Source: an uncultured bacterium
GTDB lineage: Bacteria > Margulisbacteria > WOR-1 > CAVSGV01
Length of the DNA: 64,000 nucleotides
Assembly (NCBI GenBank): GCA_963699255.1
Contig: OY969425.1
Span: forward strand, 935,112-999,111
Direction of reading: 5' to 3'
The position numbers and the translations under genes were made by a program. The notes beneath the pieces were generated by a model. That model made no database searches. It was not told the DNA's origin and worked only from the letters and a program-made list of their open reading frames with translations. This document shows positions 28,161 to 36,825 of the stretch, one piece after another (position 1 is the stretch's first letter; each line of letters begins with the position of its first letter).

Positions 28161-28637
28161 TCAGAATCCCATCTTTCCAAACCCTCGGCCTCCGCCCATG
28201 CCTCCCCTTTTGCCCCCGCCTTTTCTTCCGCCCGCCTGGCTCTGCTGGGCTTTCTGCATGTCTTCCAGCTTCTTCATTTGATCATCGGTCAGGTACTGCG
28301 CCAGCTTATTGTTCGTCTGGATCTGGAGGTCGTTCATCGCGCTTTTTATCGCATCCCGGTTCCCCTGATCGTTCTTTATTATTTCGCTTCTCTTCGCCAT
28401 ATCTTCTTCAACGACCGGCTTTATCTGCTGAGCCTGCTTGTCGGTCAACGAAAGATATATGGCCATTTTGCTTACGACCTGATCGGCCGTTAGAGGCGCC
28501 TGCCGTTTCTGTTCTCCCTGTTTCTGCTGGTCGGCTGAAGGCGCTGCTCCGCCCATAGCGTACGCGGCGGCGCTTAACATCGAAATAATACTGAACATCA
28601 GAATGAAAACAAAAACAATATTTTTCCTGTGGAACAT
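28161..28637 (-). CDS. Periplasmic LTXXQ-motif protein (Spy/CpxP-like)
   Basis: Signal peptide; two LTxxQ motifs (LSLTDKQAQQ, LTDDQMKKL); Gly-rich tail. Confidence 0.55.
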   Translation of the reverse strand: MFHRKNIVFVFILMFSIISMLSAAAYAMGGAAPSADQQKQGEQKRQAPLTADQVVSKMAIYLSLTDKQAQQIKPVVEEDMAKRSEIIKNDQGNRDAIKSAMNDLQIQTNNKLAQYLTDDQMKKLEDMQKAQQSQAGGRKGGGKRGGMGGGRGFGKMGF

Positions 28638-28655
28638 ATTTTCACCTCGCTCTGT

Positions 28656-28690
28656 CTGTCATATAAGAAAAAAGCCCTCCGAATTCCCGG
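28656..28690 (-). terminator. Intrinsic terminator (potentially bidirectional) downstream of the 28708-29013 gene
   Basis: GC stem GCCCTCCG/CGGAGGGC flanked by an A9 run on one side and T4 on the other. Confidence 0.5.
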
Positions 28691-28707
28691 AGGGCTTTTC
28701 GGTCGCA

Positions 28708-29013
28708 TTACTTTACGCTTTTTGCATGAACATGATGCCTGTGCATCCCCGCTCCTCCGGTCACATTCGATTTTTCCGTAGTGGTCATATTTGAAGCTCC
28801 CTTGTCGGATCCGTATTCATGGTGCATGCGTCCGAAAGAACGCGCGCCGTATAGAACGGATATCAACGCAAGAACGATTATGACAACAGAAATGACCGCT
28901 CCGGTCGTTTTCATGCCGCCTTCCTCTTTGGCAGCCAGCACCCAGATGATGTACGCAAGCCCCAAAGCCGATAAAAGTTTCAATAAAGCCGAGCAAATTA
29001 ACATTAATCCCAT
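28708..29013 (-). CDS. Small membrane protein with His-rich C-terminus
   Basis: Two hydrophobic helices; RBS AAGGGGGTG before the internal start MGLMLICS; C-terminal GMHRHHVHAKSVK. Confidence 0.4.
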   Translation of the reverse strand: MGLMLICSALLKLLSALGLAYIIWVLAAKEEGGMKTTGAVISVVIIVLALISVLYGARSFGRMHHEYGSDKGASNMTTTEKSNVTGGAGMHRHHVHAKSVK

Positions 29014-29177
29014 TAGTTTCACCCCCTTATTATGCGATCTTAACACGCATTGTATTACTAATGCATTAGATTAACATTAAAACGGGATTAGAACTTAATT
29101 AAAGCATTGAAGCGTGATATTTTCGGGTATAGTATATATGTAAGCGATAATATTGCCCGTTAAAGGAGGTAATTCAT

Positions 29178-29894
29178 ATGAATAAGCTTTTAAAGGATAT
29201 TTGTGAGAGGCGTTCTGACAGGGTGTTCTTTGATCCCGGTCGTCCTATAGCAAAGAAGGCCCTGGATCAGATACTTGAGGCGGCGCGCTGGGCGCCCACG
29301 GCCCACAACATGCAGAACTTCGAGCTGATAGTTGTTGACGATAAAAAGATACTCGGGGCCATCTCAAAGATAGAACGCCCGATGTCCGAAGCGTTCATCC
29401 GCGAGAATTATCCGCTGCTTTCTTTTTCAAAAGAGGAGCTCCTCAAAAGGAAAGTGGGGATACTGGGCACTACGTTCCCGCCGTCATGGAGGGATCCCGC
29501 AAAACTTGACGAAGCGGTCAAAGAAGCTACGCCGATGCCTCTCGGCGACCAGATCAAAAAAAGTGCCGTATTGCTTATCGTGGTCTATGACCCGGCAAGA
29601 AGAGCTCCGGCTTCTGAAGGCGATTTCCTGGGCCATATCAGCCTCGGCTGCATGACGGAGAACATGTGGATCATGGCTAATTCACTGGGGATCGGTTTCC
29701 ATATAGTCAGCACGGTGGGTTCCGATCCTGCGGAAAAAGAGGTAAAGGATATCCTGAACATCCCGAAAAACCTTAAGATAGTTTACGGGATACGCCTGGG
29801 GTATGTCGCGGGTAAAGCGGCCCAGCCGCTCAGGGTGCGCCGTGACATAAATGATTTTACATACCATAACAGGTACGGGAGCAAGGGGGAATAA
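29178..29894 (+). CDS. Nitroreductase-family protein
   Basis: RRSDRVFFDPGRPIAKKALDQILEAARWAPTAHNMQNFE is typical of NAD(P)H nitroreductases. Confidence 0.8.
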   Translation: MNKLLKDICERRSDRVFFDPGRPIAKKALDQILEAARWAPTAHNMQNFELIVVDDKKILGAISKIERPMSEAFIRENYPLLSFSKEELLKRKVGILGTTFPPSWRDPAKLDEAVKEATPMPLGDQIKKSAVLLIVVYDPARRAPASEGDFLGHISLGCMTENMWIMANSLGIGFHIVSTVGSDPAEKEVKDILNIPKNLKIVYGIRLGYVAGKAAQPLRVRRDINDFTYHNRYGSKGE

Positions 29895-29895
29895 T

Positions 29896-30651
29896 ATGAA
29901 CTTATCCGGCAATACGGTCCTGATAACCGGCGGAGCGACGGGGATCGGATATGCGATGGCGGAGGCGTTCCTTGAAGCCGGCAGCGAAGTCCTGATCTGC
30001 GGGCGCAGGGCGACCAGGCTGCGCGAAGCGCAAAAGAACCATCCCGAATTCCATAATAAAGTTTGCAACATTGCGGATGATAAGGATAGAAAGTCCCTTT
30101 TCGAGTGGGCGACGTCGAATTTCAGGGATCTGAACGTCCTTGTGAACAATGCCGGCATTCAGCGCGACATAGACCTGACAAAGGGCCTTTATGAGATCAC
30201 CTCGGGCGAAAACGAGATAAAGGTAAACCTGGAAGCGCCGATATATCTCTCCGCGCTGTTCATCCCGTTCCTGGCGAAAAAGAAAGGTGCGGCGATAATA
30301 AACGTATCATCCGGGCTTGGTTTTGTGCCGGCAGTCAAGATGCCGATATACAGCGCGACAAAAGCCGGCGTCCACGCTTACAGCATGGTCCTGAGGCAGC
30401 AGATGTTAAAGATCGGCATAAAAGTTTATGAAGTGATACCGCCGACGGTGGACAGCGAGCTGAACAAAGAAGGAAGGGCGAAGAGGCACATGCCGGCGCC
30501 GGAGCTTAAGCCGAAGGAATTCGTAGCCGCCGTAATGAAGGGGCTTCAGCAGGATGAACCAGAGATAGGTTACGGCATGTCGGCAGGGTTCAAGACCGCT
30601 TCAAGGGCCGATCTGGACAAGAGTTTTCAGATGATGAACAGCAGAATGTAA
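29896..30651 (+). CDS. Short-chain dehydrogenase/reductase (SDR)
   Basis: TGGATGIG cofactor motif, NNAG and catalytic YSATKAG; start moved to the ATG at 29896 with RBS AGGGGGA. Confidence 0.85.
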   Translation: MNLSGNTVLITGGATGIGYAMAEAFLEAGSEVLICGRRATRLREAQKNHPEFHNKVCNIADDKDRKSLFEWATSNFRDLNVLVNNAGIQRDIDLTKGLYEITSGENEIKVNLEAPIYLSALFIPFLAKKKGAAIINVSSGLGFVPAVKMPIYSATKAGVHAYSMVLRQQMLKIGIKVYEVIPPTVDSELNKEGRAKRHMPAPELKPKEFVAAVMKGLQQDEPEIGYGMSAGFKTASRADLDKSFQMMNSRM

Positions 30652-30654
30652 ATG

Positions 30655-30830
30655 ACAAAACCCAAATGTCAAAATCCAAATGAATCATTTAAAGCCAAAT
30701 AACAAACCGGTCTTTCGTGTTCATTTGGAATTGGTCATTCTGTCTTGATTCATTTGTCATTTGATATTGGACATTTGTCATTATGCCCCCGTTAATCTCT
30801 ATTCTCTGATCTCTAATCTCTGCTTTTGTG
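30655..30830. repeat. Intergenic low-complexity repeat element (TGTCATTTG / AAATGACAAA motifs plus CTCTGATCTCTAATCTCT)
   Basis: Imperfect palindrome; the segment at about 30745-30786 (GATTCATTTGTCATTTGATATTGGACATTTGTCATTA) recurs at about 63113-63149, and the 19-mer recurs at about 16013-16031. Confidence 0.65.
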
Positions 30831-30856
30831 ATAGAATTGCCTCCGAGGTGATATTA

Positions 30857-31084
30857 ATGAATAGATGGCAAATGGTTCTTATGTGGCTCGTAGGTTTATA
30901 TGTTTCGCTTATTATTTCCGATACCGGTCTGAAGCTCCTAATCCACGCCAAAAAGTCCGCGGAGACGCTTGAAACGGGATATCCTTTTACAGTGCTGGCT
31001 GGCACCGCCTGGGCTTATATTATTCCGATCATTATCATCGGGGCGTTGGTGTTCATAACTGTTAAGGAGAATAAGAAGAAATAA
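30857..31084 (+). CDS. Small membrane protein
   Basis: 75 aa from an internal ATG with RBS GAGGTGA; two hydrophobic segments. Confidence 0.35.
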   Translation: MNRWQMVLMWLVGLYVSLIISDTGLKLLIHAKKSAETLETGYPFTVLAGTAWAYIIPIIIIGALVFITVKENKKK

Positions 31085-31136
31085 TAATCAGATACAGTTT
31101 CTAGACTATACCTTGCGGCGAAAGGTGGTCAGCGTC

Positions 31137-31397
31137 TTATCCCTTTATTTTCCATCCTTGTTTCTTATAAGTCTCGACTATTATCCTCTCCGCGAAAAAA
31201 GGATATATCAGGATGGATATCCCGCCGGAAATGACGGCTAAAATGCCCGAAACCAGAGCGGAATCCCAGATCCCCAGATAGGCAAAATAGAACGGGCCGA
31301 ACAATAATGTCCAGAGAAAAACCCTGCTTAGCTTGACCTCTCTCTGCCCCGTCGGCGAAACCAGAACGACCGCCATAAGATATATTCTCCCCTGCAT
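31137..31397 (-). CDS. Small membrane protein
   Basis: 86-aa ORF with two or three hydrophobic helices. Confidence 0.4.
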   Translation of the reverse strand: MQGRIYLMAVVLVSPTGQREVKLSRVFLWTLLFGPFYFAYLGIWDSALVSGILAVISGGISILIYPFFAERIIVETYKKQGWKIKG

Positions 31398-31625
31398 AAT
31401 TCTATAGCCCCCGCTCCAGATCAGTCAAGCGCAATGATGGTCTTCAATTATATTATCAGGCTAATATGAAAACTACAAAAAGGTATTACTGCTACAATAA
31501 TGTAATCAATCGTTAAACAACCAACAAAAATGTAACAGTTAAGCGCTCTTGATAAGATACCTTCTCACAGATAAGGATGGCAATATTATTGCTGCTTATT
31601 ACGTGTAAGAAGGGATGTGAGGGAG

Positions 31626-31751
31626 ATGGACATGACAGATTGCCTGGTATTAACGGTCTTCATTCTCATGTTCATAGGCATAGCAGGAATGATCGTAAAT
31701 AAAGGAGAGACTGTCAGCTATGACCCGACACAAGATTATTACCGCGTTTAG
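31626..31751 (+). CDS. Possible 41-aa hydrophobic leader/small membrane peptide upstream of the permease gene
   Basis: Not in the ORF track; RBS GAGGGAG before the ATG; translation MDMTDCLVLTVFILMFIGIAGMIVNKGETVSYDPTQDYYRV. Confidence 0.25.
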   Translation: MDMTDCLVLTVFILMFIGIAGMIVNKGETVSYDPTQDYYRV

Positions 31752-31787
31752 ATTCGGAGCTGAATTTAATAAAGGGGGCTGGTTAAT

Positions 31788-33653
31788 ATGAACAAAAGTA
31801 AAATTGATTCGGCAAAACTGGTGAAACCAACGCTGGGATTATTGGGGGCGTCAATGAACGCGATGGCGCTGATAGCTCCGGGCGCGTTCCTGTGGATCAC
31901 CTATCAGCTGCAGGCCGCGGCGACCGCGCCCAGCGGCGCATCCGTCGCCGGCGACATCTGGGCGGGAATAGTCCTGGCCCTGATAGTCGCTTTTCTCACG
32001 GCTGTTTCATATTCCGAACTCGCGAAAATATATCCCGAAGCCGGTTTCGCCAGCGTCACGTATTTCGCGGAGAAAGCTTTCCTCGACCGCGAAGGCGCGA
32101 AAAGGTCCGCTCCGGCCTCCCTGGCCAGGATAGCGAAACTTATCACCGGCTGGGCGGCCCACCTGTTCTACTGGGTGTACCCCGGCATAATGGTCGCCAT
32201 GATGGCGAACCTCATCGGTTACATATATACACAGCTGACCGGGCTCACTTTATCTGTCATAGCGCTCACCATGATCGGCGTCGTCTTTACCGCAGTGACC
32301 GGGTACATAGCGTACCGCGGAGTAACGGGCTCCACAAAAACATCGATATGGATCAACGTCATTCAATGGGTAACCCTCATAATATTCAGCGGACTTGCCA
32401 TCTGGTACCGCGTTGCCAACCCGCAGGGCGTCACGGTGTGGGCTTTCAGCAGCGCCTGGGATGTCGTACGCCCACATACTATTAACGGCGTACTTGTACA
32501 GTCGACTCTCGCCATATTGATATTGGTCGGATTCGAAAGCTGCACGGCCCTCGCAGCTGAAACGAAAGAGCCGGAAAAGAACCTGCCGAAAGCCATTATC
32601 ATTTCTCTGATCATACAGGGGCTGATCGCGTATCTTCTTGAATATTTCGCGGCTGCCGCAATGATAGGAGACAAACTGGTCAACGGGAAGGTTTCCGGAA
32701 TGGCCGCGGCTGCGGCATCAGCCGCCCCCATCGGCGACCTTGCGAAGCTCATCGGCAAAAGCCTGCTCGGAGGCATAGGCTTCGGGCTCATGATAACGAT
32801 GGCGGTCACAGTGGCGATAGCCATCATCGGGACCACGCTCAGCTGCATGAACACCGCAATGAGGATAAGCGCCGGGATGGCGGAGGACAGGGAGCTTCCC
32901 ACGATGATGGGATTCATGTCCAGGAAATTCAGCACTCCCCACATGTCGCTTCTGATGTTGATACTGGTCTCGTCCGTAATAGCCGCCGTCGGCGTGCGGT
33001 CGGTCGTCGGATTGACGGGGATAACTCTCGCTTCGAACCTCGGCACTTTCATCCTTTACGGCCTGACGTGCATTTGGACTATAGTGGCATTCAAGGACAG
33101 GATCGAGTTCAATCTCCTGAAACACGGGATCATCCCTTTCCTAGGAGTGGTCACAAACATCATAATGGCGGTCGCCATCGTTTACCTGTACGCCGTCGGG
33201 AATGCGGACGCTAAAGCCGAAGCGGATATCTGCTTCCTCATCGCGGGCGCATGGGGGCTTGTCAGCGTCGCTTATGTTGTGCTCACCAGCGTCAAGAGGT
33301 CGTACAGCCTTAAAATGGTCTCGGCGATGATCCGCCCGGAATCATTGAATGCTCTTGTGGACGTTCTCCAGGACGAAGAGCTCATCCTCGGGATAACGGT
33401 CACGAAAGTGAAAGGGTTCGGAAGGCAGAAAGGCAAGATAGACGCGGATGCGGAGCCCATCAATGACAAAATATCCTTCATCCCCAAACTGCGCGTGGAT
33501 CTTGTGGTGAACGACTGGGATGCTCCGGAGGTCATGAAGATAATGAGGGACGCATTGTTCACAGGCAATATCGGGGACGGGAAAATATTCGTCATGGATG
33601 CAGCCGACGCCATGAGGATAAGAACGGGAGAACGCGGCGTGTTCGCCGTCTAA
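31788..33653 (+). CDS. APC-superfamily amino-acid/polyamine permease fused to a C-terminal PII (GlnB-like) signal-transduction domain
   Basis: About 500-aa polytopic domain with the APC motif GFESCTALAAETKEPEKNLPKAI; the last ~110 aa (MVSAMIRPESL...KVKGFGRQKGK...GNIGDGKIFVMDAADAMRIRTGERG) carry PII T-loop and GDGKIF signatures. Confidence 0.7.
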   Translation: MNKSKIDSAKLVKPTLGLLGASMNAMALIAPGAFLWITYQLQAAATAPSGASVAGDIWAGIVLALIVAFLTAVSYSELAKIYPEAGFASVTYFAEKAFLDREGAKRSAPASLARIAKLITGWAAHLFYWVYPGIMVAMMANLIGYIYTQLTGLTLSVIALTMIGVVFTAVTGYIAYRGVTGSTKTSIWINVIQWVTLIIFSGLAIWYRVANPQGVTVWAFSSAWDVVRPHTINGVLVQSTLAILILVGFESCTALAAETKEPEKNLPKAIIISLIIQGLIAYLLEYFAAAAMIGDKLVNGKVSGMAAAAASAAPIGDLAKLIGKSLLGGIGFGLMITMAVTVAIAIIGTTLSCMNTAMRISAGMAEDRELPTMMGFMSRKFSTPHMSLLMLILVSSVIAAVGVRSVVGLTGITLASNLGTFILYGLTCIWTIVAFKDRIEFNLLKHGIIPFLGVVTNIIMAVAIVYLYAVGNADAKAEADICFLIAGAWGLVSVAYVVLTSVKRSYSLKMVSAMIRPESLNALVDVLQDEELILGITVTKVKGFGRQKGKIDADAEPINDKISFIPKLRVDLVVNDWDAPEVMKIMRDALFTGNIGDGKIFVMDAADAMRIRTGERGVFAV

Positions 33654-33666
33654 AGGAGGAACCGAC

Positions 33667-34005
33667 ATGAAAAGGATAGAAGCGATAATCAGGCCCGGCA
33701 AGGTAAATGACGTGTGCGGCGCGCTTGATAAAGTGGGCCATCCGGGAGTGATGGTGTCGGAGATAGAAGGCCACGGAAAGCAAAAAGGACTGGAGCAGCA
33801 GGTGCGCGGAAAGACGTATAAGGTGGATCTCCTACCCAAAGCCCGCCTGGAAGTGGTGGTAAAAGACTCGGACGTGGAAAAGACGGTAACGGCGATACGG
33901 GAAGCGGCGTACAGCGGCAATGTGGGAGACGGGAAAATATTCATTTATCCCGTGGATGACACGGTAAGGATACGCACCGCCGAGCATGGTGATATTGCGA
34001 TATAA
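33667..34005 (+). CDS. PII-family nitrogen regulatory protein (GlnB/GlnK-like), stand-alone
   Basis: 112 aa; MKRIEAIIRPGK...EGHGKQKG...GNVGDGKIFIYPVDDTVRIRTAEHG aligns along its length with canonical GlnB; T-loop residues diverge (KTYKVD). Confidence 0.85.
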   Translation: MKRIEAIIRPGKVNDVCGALDKVGHPGVMVSEIEGHGKQKGLEQQVRGKTYKVDLLPKARLEVVVKDSDVEKTVTAIREAAYSGNVGDGKIFIYPVDDTVRIRTAEHGDIAI

Positions 34006-34131
34006 TCTCCGGACCAAAAAGCGCGGATCAAAAAAGCGGGCTCATTTATTGATGCCGCAAGGCCCATCACGAACAAAAGCCGAAGGGCATTTCTGGCCTT
34101 CGGCTTTATCTTGGTCGGAACGGGAGATTAT

Positions 34132-34395
34132 CTATTGTGTCGGCGTAGTTGGCGCGGGCTGAGTCGTCGCTTTCGCCTTCCTTTTCGCGCGTCTTGCCGC
34201 ACGTTTCGCCTTCATGGCGGCCTTTAGATCTTTCCTTTTCTGTTTCCTATCCTGCATTAATTTTTGCCTGTCAGCTTTTATCTTTTGCGTATCCTGTTTC
34301 ACCGGTGCAACAGCCTGATCCGCATAAGCAAGCTGCGTCGCGAAACATCCCAGGACCAATAACAACACGAATAGTGAAGAGATGCTCTTTTTCAT
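34132..34395 (-). CDS. Secreted Lys/Arg-rich small protein
   Basis: Signal peptide MKKSISSLFVLLLVLGCFATQLAYA after RBS AAGGGGGGA; mature part is highly basic. Confidence 0.45.
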   Translation of the reverse strand: MKKSISSLFVLLLVLGCFATQLAYADQAVAPVKQDTQKIKADRQKLMQDRKQKRKDLKAAMKAKRAARRAKRKAKATTQPAPTTPTQ

Positions 34396-34438
34396 CTGAT
34401 ATCCCCCCTTTACATATGTATTCTTACATATATTAAGT

Positions 34439-34909
34439 TTAATATCCATTTCCGGACGGAGATGGCGCTACCGGAGGCACAGGAGCCGGAGCTTCGGGAG
34501 CCATAGGAGCCGAAGGAGCTGGAGCTTCCGGAGCCGCAGGCGCCACAGGAGCCGGAGCTTCCGGAGCCGGGGTCACAACAGGCGCCGCCGGTGCCGCCTC
34601 AGGAGCCGTTGCCGGAACTGTCGCAGTCGACGTCGGTACCACTACGGGAGCCGGAGCTGCTGCCGGCGCCACAGCCGGTGCCGCAGCCTTGACCGGTTTA
34701 GCCGCCTTTGGAGCCGCCTTTTTTACAGCCGCTTTCTTCACTACCCTCTTTATCTTTTTAACCTTTTTGACCTTTACAACTTTGGAAGCTTCGGTCGTGG
34801 ACGCTGGTTTCGTCATTGACGGAGCATTTACAACATCAGCCGAGGCCACAAGAGAGAACGCACCCAGGCAGAAAGCCGCCATAACAAGCCAACTTATCTT
34901 TTTCATCAT
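34439..34909 (-). CDS. Secreted protein with Lys-rich and Ala/Pro-rich low-complexity regions
   Basis: Signal peptide MMKKISWLVMAAFCLGAFSLVASA; KVKKVKKIKRVVKK block then APxAP repeats; the DNA is internally repetitive. Confidence 0.5.
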   Translation of the reverse strand: MMKKISWLVMAAFCLGAFSLVASADVVNAPSMTKPASTTEASKVVKVKKVKKIKRVVKKAAVKKAAPKAAKPVKAAAPAVAPAAAPAPVVVPTSTATVPATAPEAAPAAPVVTPAPEAPAPVAPAAPEAPAPSAPMAPEAPAPVPPVAPSPSGNGY

Positions 34910-35163
34910 TTAATTCACCTCCTTATCCTTATATTATTATTATGTAACGATCTTGATGCGTATTCTAATACTATCGCATTAGATTTACATTAAAACATAA
35001 TTAGAATTCGATTAATGCGAACAAGCCTGATATCGCCTTGTAATGCTCATAGAGCGATGATATTTTCCGTTGCGGCTTCATCCGTCCGTTATCCAAACAC
35101 TTGACGGAAATTAACGTATGTGATATAAATCTAACGTTTTAATGTTCTTGCGGAGGTAAAAAA

Positions 35164-35862
35164 ATGAAAAAGCAAATGATCCTGGTCCTGGGCTGCGTTC
35201 TTATTTTCGCGTGCGGCTTCGGCGGTCCGGCCCCTACGGCATCTTCCGGCGGCAGCTCCGCAACATCTTCAAATATATACATGATCGATGATTTCGAGGA
35301 CGGCGACTATACGACCAATCCCGAATGGTGGAAGTTCGACAACATCACCGCTTCGATAGCCGACAACACGCTTTACCAGACCGGCGATCCCGCCGTTGTC
35401 GCGGCGGTCGGGAAAAACTCGCTCAACATAACAGGGAGCGCCTCCGACTGGTATGCGGGAGGGATGGGAACATATCTCGCGAGAAAGAACAACGACCTCG
35501 GCAAATATAACGCGGTGCAGATGGATGTTTTCGGCAACGGCCCCGGATCGGGCACGATAAAGATAGAGCTGGTGGATGACGACAAGGGCAACTGGCAGGT
35601 GGAGCAGGATTCAAAAGGCGTGCCGCTTTATGATGATAAGTTCGTATACAACGTGAACGTGGACTGGAAAGGCTGGAAAAGTGTCGTCATACCGTTCAGC
35701 GATTTCGCCCTTGAAAACCCGGGCAAAGGCGACGGCGTCCTGACAGTCGGGCAGGAGAACGGGCACGGCGGGCTGCTCCAGATGCAGTTCATTTTCATCG
35801 CGTCCCAAAAGGTCGGTTCATTGAATTACAACCTGGATAACATATCGCTGGTAAAACAATAA
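35164..35862 (+). CDS. Secreted lipoprotein, unknown function
   Basis: Lipobox LIFACGF; Gly/Ser linker; predicted beta-rich mature domain. Confidence 0.55.
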   Translation: MKKQMILVLGCVLIFACGFGGPAPTASSGGSSATSSNIYMIDDFEDGDYTTNPEWWKFDNITASIADNTLYQTGDPAVVAAVGKNSLNITGSASDWYAGGMGTYLARKNNDLGKYNAVQMDVFGNGPGSGTIKIELVDDDKGNWQVEQDSKGVPLYDDKFVYNVNVDWKGWKSVVIPFSDFALENPGKGDGVLTVGQENGHGGLLQMQFIFIASQKVGSLNYNLDNISLVKQ

Positions 35863-35892
35863 GATCTTTGGGGGCGGGTCGGGCGTCAGGGT

Positions 35893-36624
35893 CTATTTTA
35901 CCGCCCCGTAAACGGCGAAGTTGTAATACTTAAAGTGCGCATCGGCTGAACTGAACCCGGCTTTTCTAAGCCACTCCAGTTCGAGGTTCAGCTTGTTCGG
36001 CCTGTCTTCGCGATTATATCGCTCCAGGTTCTCCTTCATGTCTTCCTGAGGCAGATTGCTTATGACGAATTCCCCCCACTTTTTCAGGTATACCTCCTGG
36101 ATTTTTTCGTCATCTGCCAATATGATGTCAGCGTTCAAAAATATCCCGCCCGGGTTGAGAGCCTCGTATAGTCTGCGGTAAAATCCCATTTTGTTCTTAT
36201 CCGGTTCCAGATGATGCAGCGCCAGGGAAGAAACGACCGCGTCATATTTTTCCTTGAATTTGTAGGCGGCCAGATCGGCCTGCTCATACTTGATGCCGGA
36301 AAACCCGCCCAGCTTCTTTTTGGACATTTCCAGCATCTGCGGGGCGATGTCCATGCACGTTATCCGGGCCTGGGGAAACGCCTGTTTTATAAGGCAGGCA
36401 GCAGTTCCCGTGCCGGCGCCCAGGTCAAGCACGGAAAATTCCTGCTCCCCGGTGAAAGGCAGAAGACTGACCATGACCGCCAGCATTTCCTTATAATATG
36501 GGACCCTCTGCAAGGCCCTCGTATCCCAGATGCCCGCTTCCGAGTTGAAATGATCTTTAACGGTCCTCATTCTGTCTTCGCCCATGATCGGGACATTATA
36601 GACAGTAGTTCCCGCCGTGTCCAT
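35893..36624 (-). CDS. Class I SAM-dependent methyltransferase
   Basis: VLDLGAGTGTAACL motif I; about 240 aa. Confidence 0.75.
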   Translation of the reverse strand: MDTAGTTVYNVPIMGEDRMRTVKDHFNSEAGIWDTRALQRVPYYKEMLAVMVSLLPFTGEQEFSVLDLGAGTGTAACLIKQAFPQARITCMDIAPQMLEMSKKKLGGFSGIKYEQADLAAYKFKEKYDAVVSSLALHHLEPDKNKMGFYRRLYEALNPGGIFLNADIILADDEKIQEVYLKKWGEFVISNLPQEDMKENLERYNREDRPNKLNLELEWLRKAGFSSADAHFKYYNFAVYGAVK

Positions 36625-36825
36625 ATCGTTGCATAATTAATAATTAATAATATTGTTTTTCACAAATGTTTTGATATAATATGAAAGGCAGTGAGGTTTC
36701 CCTGAAAGATTCGATCTTCGGATTCGATCGCCTCTACCAAAGACCGGTTAAATGGTTAAGGGGGGTTTTTTGTTCAGAGGCGCTGCCAGATGGCTGATGG
36801 ATAGAAAAGAAGGGGGAAAATAAAA

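Noticed and set aside
32363-33944. Minus-strand ORFs of 135-229 aa
   Set aside because: Antisense to the permease-PII gene and the free PII gene; no signals.
34439-34909. Repetitive GGAGCCGGAGCTTCCGGAGCC DNA as a non-coding tandem repeat
   Set aside because: It is in frame within a signal-peptide-bearing ORF and encodes Ala/Pro-rich repeats, so it is treated as coding low complexity.
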